A stretch of DNA of 63,886 nucleotides, counting the filler, from an uncultured bacterium (lineage in GTDB: Bacteria > JAGOEH01), in NCBI GenBank assembly GCA_964632485.1. It is 4 parts of 4 records of this genome, joined end to end, with 100 filler letters (N's around TTAATTAATTAA, not from the genome) between each part and the next. Parts side by side here need not be neighbours in the genome. Positions count along the whole stretch, not along the records: positions 33,298 to 61,763 come from CAZWDO010000034.1; 3 more parts are not named here. The stretch is one strand, 5' to 3'. This document shows positions 33,975-41,795 of the stretch, piece by piece. Below the pieces are notes generated by a model. The model was not told where the DNA came from, did not search any database, and was given only the letters and a program-made list of their open reading frames with translations. The translations under genes and the position numbers were made by a program. Positions within the stretch are counted from its first letter, which is position 1. Each line of letters begins with the position of its first letter.

Positions 33975-34277
33975 TTATTCATGATCGAACAATCGCCAAT
34001 ACCAGCGCACCGGCTTCTTCTCCCGCTTCATGTCCTTTATCTCTTCCTCGCATAACTCTTTGATGTCGTAGTAACTCTTAAAATGTTCTGCTTTCAATCT
34101 GGCTTTGAATTTTTCCTTCAATGCGGCTTCAATTTCAACATCATAGCCGGCGTCAGCCCATGCTTCCAGTTCGAAAAACAGATTGATAGCTTCTGACAAA
34201 TCCATTTGACTGTCGAAATTTATATCAGCCCAATCAATTAAAACATCCAGTTTGTCAAAGAAATCACCTATTTTCAT
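33975..34277 (-). CDS. Putative immunity protein, cassette B
   Basis: 100-aa acidic ORF whose start overlaps the toxin stop; homologous to 35209-35517 (xxLxDW, YxVEI, PVRWYWRLFDHE). Confidence 0.7.
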   Translation of the reverse strand: MKIGDFFDKLDVLIDWADINFDSQMDLSEAINLFFELEAWADAGYDVEIEAALKEKFKARLKAEHFKSYYDIKELCEEEIKDMKREKKPVRWYWRLFDHE

Positions 34278-35091
34278 TAAAAAGCTCCTGAGTCTTAATT
34301 TTTTGCCATCTTTTTTCAGACATGCCATGGTGCTGGACGATCCGGAAGCCTTCCTCCACGATCGTCACGCGCTTGCCGTCCCAAAATTGATACTGCACCG
34401 CCTCCCGCACGATCCGTCCCGTTTCGTTTTTTTCCTGATAGACCGTCACAGCCCGCTCTTTCGCGTTGCGGATCGTCTCGATCTGGCTTTTGGCGTATTC
34501 CTCCCGGCTCAACCCCATCTCGCGGGAGCCGTGTTTCTCGAAATGATAATCGAACAGCTTTTCCGGGACGATCATCTTGTTTTCCTTCACCCGTCGTCCC
34601 AGTTCATCGGAAAAGTTTTTGATCTCCTGATCCGTCAGTCCCGGGTCTTTGGCGCGTTCGCCCTTAGTCCGGCTGTAGCCTTTGAAGCCTCCGCGGCACT
34701 GCCTGTCGGCAGACAGGTCGAAATAGGCCACGGTGCGCGTGCGGCAGTTGAAGTGGTAGGGCGGCATGCATGCGCCGCTGTCGTTTAGGCTTTTCGTGCT
34801 CGTCAGCTTCGACAGCCGTTCGGCCCAGTCCTGCTGGGAGATCATCGGGTGAGCTTTTTTCATTCCTTCAAGCGAGTCGCCGGAGCCAATCGCGCGGTCA
34901 AGCTGATTGCGCATTTTGCTCACGGGGATAATCCGTCCGTGCATCCGTCGGCAAATCTCCGTAGTCTTAGAGTCCATTACGGCCACGACTTCGGCATACT
35001 CGATGGCCGCTTCTTCATATCCCGATACACTGCCGTACTGCGCCAGCTTGAACATCCAATGCTGAGCCGCGACGCGTATCTGCGTCTGCAT
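34264..35091 (-). CDS. MuF-domain/toxin fusion, cassette B
   Basis: MuF (Phage_Mu_F/SPP1 gp7-like) Cys/His motifs; distinct C-terminal ~100 aa with HFEKHG..EMG..EEY, resembling RNase-type polymorphic toxin tips. Confidence 0.8.
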   Translation of the reverse strand: MQTQIRVAAQHWMFKLAQYGSVSGYEEAAIEYAEVVAVMDSKTTEICRRMHGRIIPVSKMRNQLDRAIGSGDSLEGMKKAHPMISQQDWAERLSKLTSTKSLNDSGACMPPYHFNCRTRTVAYFDLSADRQCRGGFKGYSRTKGERAKDPGLTDQEIKNFSDELGRRVKENKMIVPEKLFDYHFEKHGSREMGLSREEYAKSQIETIRNAKERAVTVYQEKNETGRIVREAVQYQFWDGKRVTIVEEGFRIVQHHGMSEKRWQKIKTQELFNENR

Positions 35092-35134
35092 CTCCTGGGC
35101 GAAAGCGCCGACAGCGGGCGACCATTTCGCTATA

Positions 35135-35161
35135 GTTTCAATCCTTGTTTTACTGGATTAG
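35135..35161 (-). repeat. Truncated CRISPR repeat (27 of 37 nt) between cassettes A and B
   Basis: Same 27-mer and same flanks as 33901-33927. Confidence 0.95.
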
Positions 35162-35208
35162 CTGTCAGGAGCTCAAAAGTCGATCGTGTTTAAAAAACCG
35201 GCCATGAT

Positions 35209-35517
35209 TTATTCATGATCGAATAGGCGCCAATACCAGCGCACCGGCTCGCCGCGTTGCCGCTTGCGTTTGATTTCTATCGCGAATCCGGCGCGAATTT
35301 CTTCATAACCAGAAATGTCTTTCGATTTAATGTCGCAGACTGCTTGTACCCAGCAATCATACAGACGCCTTAGTATTTCTACTTCGTATTTTTTGTTCTC
35401 ATTCGCCCATCGGTCCAAAAGCTCAAGCTTCACTCCCAGCTCAATATCCATCACTCCAACATAGATTCCATCTTCGCACCAATCCAGCAGCTCTCCAAAA
35501 TTGTCAAACTGGCTCAT
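35209..35517 (-). CDS. Putative immunity protein, cassette A
   Basis: 102-aa ORF starting 1 nt after the toxin stop, GAGG RBS; divergent homolog of the cassette B small ORF. Confidence 0.7.
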   Translation of the reverse strand: MSQFDNFGELLDWCEDGIYVGVMDIELGVKLELLDRWANENKKYEVEILRRLYDCWVQAVCDIKSKDISGYEEIRAGFAIEIKRKRQRGEPVRWYWRLFDHE

Positions 35518-35518
35518 A

Positions 35519-36310
35519 TTACCTCTTTTCTACAGTTTCCCCGAATGGTTCCAATTGTCGTTCTACATAGGATGTCTGATCTTTAAAGCCGGTCTTGAAA
35601 CGAAACCCTTCTCCGATCACAATCACAAACCCATCATCATTCCGCCAGGCGGTTTGTATACCGAATTTGCGACAATTTAACCAGAAAACATCGCCGCGGC
35701 CTTCCAGCAGCTCATAGAGTTTTTTTTCATAGCCTTCCGCGTCGCCGCGTTCGAGCCCGAACTCGCGCGCATGATCCCGCGCATGCGATTCCAGCCGCCC
35801 CGGCTCCCAGTAGAGCTTTCGTTCCTTCACCCGTCGCCCCAGTTCATCGGAAAAGTTTTTGATTTCCCTATCCGTCAGTCCCGGGTCTTTCGCCCGAGTC
35901 CCCGGCGTCCGGTTGTAGCCAGTGAATCCGCCCGGCTCGAAATAGGCCACGGTGCGCGTGCGGCAGTTGAAGTGATAGGGCGGCATGCAGGCCCCGCCGC
36001 GCACCAGGTCTTTAGTGCTTGTCAGCTTCGAGAGACGATCATTCCAGTCCTGTTGCGAGATCATCGGGTGGGCTTTTTTCATGCCTTTGAGCGAGTTTCC
36101 TGCCTTGAGCGCTCCGTCGAGCTGATTGCGCATATTACTGATGGGGAGTATCCGACCGTGCATGCGTCGGCAAATATCCGTGGTCTTGGAATCCATCACT
36201 GCCACCACTTCGGCATACTCGATCTGGGCGTCTTCATATCCAGAGACGCTGCCGTACTGGGCAAGCTTGAACATCCAATGCTGAGCCGCGACGCGTATCT
36301 GCGTCTGCAT
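35519..36310 (-). CDS. MuF-domain/toxin fusion, cassette A
   Basis: MuF motifs; tip LESHARDHAREFG...GY; ATG lies 43 nt from the last full CRISPR repeat. Confidence 0.8.
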   Translation of the reverse strand: MQTQIRVAAQHWMFKLAQYGSVSGYEDAQIEYAEVVAVMDSKTTDICRRMHGRILPISNMRNQLDGALKAGNSLKGMKKAHPMISQQDWNDRLSKLTSTKDLVRGGACMPPYHFNCRTRTVAYFEPGGFTGYNRTPGTRAKDPGLTDREIKNFSDELGRRVKERKLYWEPGRLESHARDHAREFGLERGDAEGYEKKLYELLEGRGDVFWLNCRKFGIQTAWRNDDGFVIVIGEGFRFKTGFKDQTSYVERQLEPFGETVEKR

Positions 36311-36353
36311 CTCCTGGGCGAAAGCGCCGACAGCGGGCGACCATTTCGCTATA

Positions 36354-39300
36354 GTTTCAATCCTTGTTTTACTGGATTAGGGAATAAAACGTTACCAAGC
36401 GTTAATGCGCAATTGGTTCAGCGTATGTTTCAATCCTTGTTTTACTGGATTAGGGAATAAAACAAATGATACTTCAGGCCATGACGCGCGGCGTCGATGT
36501 TTCAATCCTTGTTTTACTGGATTAGGGAATAAAACCCACAGTCTATTCAATATATACATTTTAGTTATGTCAAGTTTCAATCCTTGTTTTACTGGATTAG
36601 GGAATAAAACTGACTGGCGTATGAGGAACACCGGCCATTGATCGGTTTCAATCCTTGTTTTACTGGATTAGGGAATAAAACTAGTGGCTTAATGGCTTGG
36701 TAACTATTGTTATGGCGAGTTTCAATCCTTGTTTTACTGGATTAGGGAATAAAACTTATTTGTGTTTCGTTATTGAGCGTGAAAATTTGGTTTCAATCCT
36801 TGTTTTACTGGATTAGGGAATAAAACCCAGTCCCACAGTTTCGTGTTGAAAAAATTCTTTGCAGTTTCAATCCTTGTTTTACTGGATTAGGGAATAAAAC
36901 AACGAAAAAAACAAGACTTCCATTTTTACGCCCTTGTGTTTCAATCCTTGTTTTACTGGATTAGGGAATAAAACGTGATAGCGCCGGCCTTCTAACTGTT
37001 AGTTCTGAGTTTCAATCCTTGTTTTACTGGATTAGGGAATAAAACACACCCCGGAAGTTTTGACCCCGGCAAACGTTTGGGTGTTTCAATCCTTGTTTTA
37101 CTGGATTAGGGAATAAAACACCTGTTATTTTACGAGTTCAGGATGGCTGAACATGTGTTTCAATCCTTGTTTTACTGGATTAGGGAATAAAACCACTAAA
37201 TAAGCTACATAAGACAATAGACTTTTGTGTTTCAATCCTTGTTTTACTGGATTAGGGAATAAAACATAATGGATTTTGATTTTGTTGCGCCTCGGTTGAG
37301 TTTCAATCCTTGTTTTACTGGATTAGGGAATAAAACAACATCCGCAAGATGGTTTAGACTTGCCGCGGTTTCTTGTTTCAATCCTTGTTTTACTGGATTA
37401 GGGAATAAAACCCCAATTTCGATTATGTCGCCGATCTCGATTTCAGTTTGTTTCAATCCTTGTTTTACTGGATTAGGGAATAAAACTCCGCATTTTCATC
37501 CCGGAAAGATTCAGGGTAGGTGTTTCAATCCTTGTTTTACTGGATTAGGGAATAAAACAAAGAGAAAAAAAATGAAAAAACTTATGAGTACCTGTTTCAA
37601 TCCTTGTTTTACTGGATTAGGGAATAAAACCTCAACTAGCCCGGAATCCAACAATTGTTTAAGCTGAGTTTCAATCCTTGTTTTACTGGATTAGGGAATA
37701 AAACAAAATCAATACGCCGTTTTGAAGCTGGACGTTTAAGTTTCAATCCTTGTTTTACTGGATTAGGGAATAAAACCAGAAAGTCTTTTATTATGTTTTT
37801 GCATCTGCTATGAAGTTTCAATCCTTGTTTTACTGGATTAGGGAATAAAACTTCTGCTTACTGGGACCCCGGAACCGGGCAAGCAGCGTTTCAATCCTTG
37901 TTTTACTGGATTAGGGAATAAAACGGCAAGTAGGAAACAAGATAGGGACGGCCATCTTTCGGTTTCAATCCTTGTTTTACTGGATTAGGGAATAAAACCC
38001 AAGTCAACCAACTATAAAAAGTCGAGCGCTGGATTCCGTTTCAATCCTTGTTTTACTGGATTAGGGAATAAAACTTCAATTAGTTACGAAAAAAACTTGT
38101 CTGACATGATTGGTTTCAATCCTTGTTTTACTGGATTAGGGAATAAAACCTGTTCGCCTGGTTCTGGCTCTTCAAACCCAGTGAACATAATGTGTTTCAA
38201 TCCTTGTTTTACTGGATTAGGGAATAAAACAATTTTAACGGCTTAGCTTTTTCAACTTTAACATGGTTGTTTCAATCCTTGTTTTACTGGATTAGGGAAT
38301 AAAACTGACGCATAGCGGGTTGACATTAAAATCCCAGCTAAGTTTCAATCCTTGTTTTACTGGATTAGGGAATAAAACCAATGGCAAGAATGCCAGATGG
38401 ATTTGTTGATTTATCTGGTTTCAATCCTTGTTTTACTGGATTAGGGAATAAAACTGTTGGGCGGTTATCTCGACTACTATGGTTATTTCTAGTTTCAATC
38501 CTTGTTTNNNNNNNNNNTTAGGGAATAAAACACAGCCGGAACATCCCTCCAAACCGGCAGAAGCGGCTGTTTCAATCCTTGTTTTACTGGATTAGGGAAT
38601 AAAACCCGCTCACTGCGATACCGGTGAGCGAGTTAATCGCGGTTTCAATCCTTGTTTTACTGGATTAGGGAATAAAACATTGGCAGAAAGCCTACGGCTG
38701 GGATGACCTCGACGACGTTTCAATCCTTGTTTTACTGGATTAGGGAATAAAACTTCCTCGCACTTGTGGAATCTTATCACCATTCCGAGTTTCAATCCTT
38801 GTTTTACTGGATTAGGGAATAAAACAAGGAACGAATGATGGCGCGGATGATGACCACAGCTGTTTCAATCCTTGTTTTACTGGATTAGGGAATAAAACGC
38901 CACCGATATTGTAGAAACTACCATCGTAGATGCGAGTTTCAATCCTTGTTTTACTGGATTAGGGAATAAAACGTACCATGCGTCGTAGCCATCGTACGGC
39001 GTAGAAAACGTTTCAATCCTTGTTTTACTGGATTAGGGAATAAAACCCGGAGGCAACCGTGTCATCTGATGTTTCCACTCCATGTTTCAATCCTTGTTTT
39101 ACTGGATTAGGGAATAAAACCCGTTGACGCTATAGTGTCGCTGGCCCAGCCATAAATGGGTTTCAATCCTTGTTTTACTGGATTAGGGAATAAAACGAGA
39201 TGATCGGCTCCATGTCCACGGGATCATCCGCGAGGTTTCAATCCTTGTTTTACTGGATTAGGGAATAAAACCATGCCAGCCATCTGGCGCTAAGCCTCGT

Positions 39301-39488
39301 GGATCGGGTTTCAATCCTTGTTTTACTGGATTAGGGAATAAAACTACTCGCCGATCCCGCGACACTGGACGAACTCGCGGTTTCAATCCTTGTTTTACTG
39401 GATTAGGGAATAAAACGCATGTTGCCTCCTATTCCATAATTTCATAGACTTGTTTCAATCCTTGTTTTACTGGATTAGGGAATAAAAC
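36354..39488 (-). CRISPR. CRISPR array: 43 visible 37-bp repeats (GTTTTATTCCCTAATCCAGTAAAACAAGGATTGAAAC), 42 spacers of 34-44 nt
   Basis: Repeats counted directly; one repeat is interrupted by N gap 38508-38517; orientation from the 3' ATTGAAAC end and the AT-rich leader next to cas4. Confidence 0.99.
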
Positions 39489-39690
39489 TGAGATTTTTTG
39501 TACCTAATTGTTTTTCAACTGGTTCAATAATATTTTCTCCTGTTGAATTATAAATATTCAGGTTCCAATTCCAATTTTTTTCTTGACATTCTTTCTTGGT
39601 TGCGTAATTTTTTTCTGTATTAATCATACTCTCCACTAACTAATTAGCTACATTAAACGTTTAATTTTTCCTGAAATCGACAGGAAGATT
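39489..39690 (-). promoter_or_regulatory. CRISPR leader
   Basis: AT-rich non-coding stretch between the cas4 stop and the first repeat. Confidence 0.8.
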
Positions 39691-40287
39691 CTAAGAAATG
39701 CACAGGTTATGGAAACAGCAATCCGGGCAACTTTTACGATGCCGCGTTGCTTTTGGGAAATACCCTGCGCCAATTATTCGCTGCGCATCCCGTACTGATT
39801 CCAGAACCAACTGTTTATGTTCTTCCGCAATAGGATATTGCATCAACCGGTTATGATCTCTTACATATACTATATAACAGAAATCCACATTTGTCAAGTA
39901 GTTTTTTTCGATCAGCAACGAATACAGTACATTTTGATAAAACTGAGTTTGGAACCGGGTTTTATAAAAGGCGAATTTATAATCAAGAGAACACATCTTT
40001 CCTCCTTTAAAATAAAGTAGATCGTCAATAATACCGCTGACTCCCAATTCTGCATTCGAGAGATAAACATTCCGTTCCAGTTTTATCACCCCGATTTTTC
40101 GACGCAGATACACCGGTTGAAGCGCTTTCTTTTCATGGATATCGCGCCCTATCATTACTTTAATCCGTTTTTCCTCATGCTGTCGAAGTTTCAGACACTC
40201 CATAAAATAAATGAAGCGCGGACAATACCAGTATTCAATCATAGTGGATACCGGGATGAGTATCTTGTTTTCATTAAAGGAAATCAT
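39691..40287 (-). CDS. cas4: CRISPR-associated Cas4
   Basis: YCPR, GIIDD..LDYK RecB-like motif, C-terminal CxxCxxxxxC Fe-S cysteines. Confidence 0.95.
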   Translation of the reverse strand: MISFNENKILIPVSTMIEYWYCPRFIYFMECLKLRQHEEKRIKVMIGRDIHEKKALQPVYLRRKIGVIKLERNVYLSNAELGVSGIIDDLLYFKGGKMCSLDYKFAFYKTRFQTQFYQNVLYSLLIEKNYLTNVDFCYIVYVRDHNRLMQYPIAEEHKQLVLESVRDAQRIIGAGYFPKATRHRKSCPDCCFHNLCIS

Positions 40288-40302
40288 GATCTGTTACCGA
40301 TT

Positions 40303-40605
40303 TTACAAAAAAAGTTCCCGTTTTCGGTTCGCTACTAGATCCTTGTCAAATCCTTGCCCAATCAGAGTTACTGCGTTGTAATCTTTGTCACACATGGGGA
40401 AAATATAAACGCTATCCACTTTTTCCTCAATCAGGTTCCGTGAAAAAAGGATCAACTCATCAAGACGATTGGATTCAAGCGCGCCGCAGAATACGGATTT
40501 CTGGATGCGCATCAATCCGAATCGTTGAATCTGTTTGGCAATTTTTTGACGTCGCCGGTCACCATTTGGTGAGCTTTCAATATCATATAGCACCCATGCG
40601 TTCAT
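40303..40605 (-). CDS. cas2: CRISPR-associated Cas2
   Basis: VLYDI, RIQKSVF, DSVYIFP; ATG overlaps the cas1 stop. Confidence 0.95.
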   Translation of the reverse strand: MNAWVLYDIESSPNGDRRRQKIAKQIQRFGLMRIQKSVFCGALESNRLDELILFSRNLIEEKVDSVYIFPMCDKDYNAVTLIGQGFDKDLVANRKRELFL

Positions 40606-41582
40606 TTTCCCTCCTCGATGAGTGAGTTGGCAAAACGATGGCAAAACGCCTGAATAGTCTGCCGTCGTTTCATGTTTTTACTACCGTAGTGAACAATTTT
40701 ATCCAAATATTCATTGAATGCGGTGAAAAGCTCTTTTTTACCCTCCTGATTGAGGCTGTAGCCCTTGGGTATTTCTCTCACCATGTGATTGGCAATTTTC
40801 TTTTGGCTGAATAGATGAAACACGCAGATATCGGCATAAATACGGAAATTTTCGATAATATCATATACCAGGGATGGCTTGTTGTAATTGTCCGTGTGAA
40901 TGAACCCGATATAGGGATCGAGGCCGGCGATGATACAAGCCCGTTCAACCATTGCATAGAGTATTCCATACGCATAATTGATAAAAGCGTTAAAGGGGTC
41001 TTTAGCGGGTTGGCGGGATCGACCCTCGAAATGATATCGCTCTGGGATACTCATGGCCAGAGCTTTGAAATATGAATTGGAAGCGCTGCCTTCCAATCCC
41101 TGGATCGTTCCTCGTGTATCATCAAGTGTTTTTTCTTTGATCTCGATCAGTTTTTCACGATTGATGACAATAGCATGAGCGAATCCGGAAAGAGTATCTG
41201 CCAGCGCGGGTCGATTTTTAGCCAAATCCTGAATAAAATTAATCTGATTGAGAAGCTTGCTTGCGATCCAGTCGAGCGCAATTGCCAAGCCTTGTTCTGT
41301 TTGATACAGTTCCAATTGTCGGCGGCGGATTGCGGCGATTGATCCGAAGCGTGCCAGCCAGAAACGACCGATCACATCGCCGTTGTCCTGGATCAGTATC
41401 AAGTCAATATTATTTTCCAGGCAGGTTTTAATGGCATCCGTGCTGATCGCCGCGTGAGTGGTTATAATCACTCGTTCGACACGGGATGGGGCGATTGTGG
41501 TTTTGTCCTCTCGGTTGCTGACCTGAAAAATCCCGTCATGCAAGGAAATATAGCTGCCCGGCGTTGTAATAATTAAATCCAT
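40602..41582 (-). CDS. cas1: CRISPR-associated Cas1
   Basis: GLEGSASNSYF, DPFNAFINYAYGILY, GLDPYIGFIH, SLVYDIIENFR. Confidence 0.97.
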   Translation of the reverse strand: MDLIITTPGSYISLHDGIFQVSNREDKTTIAPSRVERVIITTHAAISTDAIKTCLENNIDLILIQDNGDVIGRFWLARFGSIAAIRRRQLELYQTEQGLAIALDWIASKLLNQINFIQDLAKNRPALADTLSGFAHAIVINREKLIEIKEKTLDDTRGTIQGLEGSASNSYFKALAMSIPERYHFEGRSRQPAKDPFNAFINYAYGILYAMVERACIIAGLDPYIGFIHTDNYNKPSLVYDIIENFRIYADICVFHLFSQKKIANHMVREIPKGYSLNQEGKKELFTAFNEYLDKIVHYGSKNMKRRQTIQAFCHRFANSLIEEGK

Positions 41583-41593
41583 AAAAAAAATCC

Positions 41594-41622
41594 TTGACAA
41601 ATTATATTTTTAGCCGTATAGT
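41594..41622 (+). promoter_or_regulatory. sigma70 promoter of the interference operon
   Basis: TTGACA-N17-TATAGT. Confidence 0.65.
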
Positions 41623-41795
41623 ATGGTAATCTTTTCATATAATCGGCAACTCTGAGCGTAAACTAAAGGTTTTTATGATTTTATCGTTTAATTTAGCGAT
41701 TGGATCGAATTTTATCTTGATTCGCATATCAACCAATGGCGGTAATGGGAATATGAAAAAATTATTCGCGTAAGCTTAACGCTGAGGAGGATATT

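Noticed and set aside
33298-36353. Intact prophage or DGR interpretation of the MuF repeats
   Set aside because: No portal, terminase, capsid, integrase or reverse transcriptase is visible, and differences between copies are not adenine-specific; sequence beyond the contig edge is unknown
33615-36460. Plus-strand ORFs repeated across the MuF cassettes (33615-33959, 34849-35193, 35771-36460)
   Set aside because: Antisense shadows of the GC-rich MuF genes; they repeat only because the DNA repeats
36392-38795. Short ORFs with repeated VLFPNPVKQGLK or FNPCFTGLGNK peptides
   Set aside because: These are translations of the CRISPR repeat, not genes
36391-39451. Self-targeting spacers against the MuF cassettes or other genes in the window
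   Set aside because: None noticed by eye; a proper alignment was not possible, so this is neither claimed nor excluded
41583-41795. CreTA/CreR-like mini-array between cas1 and cas8b1
   Set aside because: No repeat-like ATTGAAAC or AATCC..GGATT sequence found there
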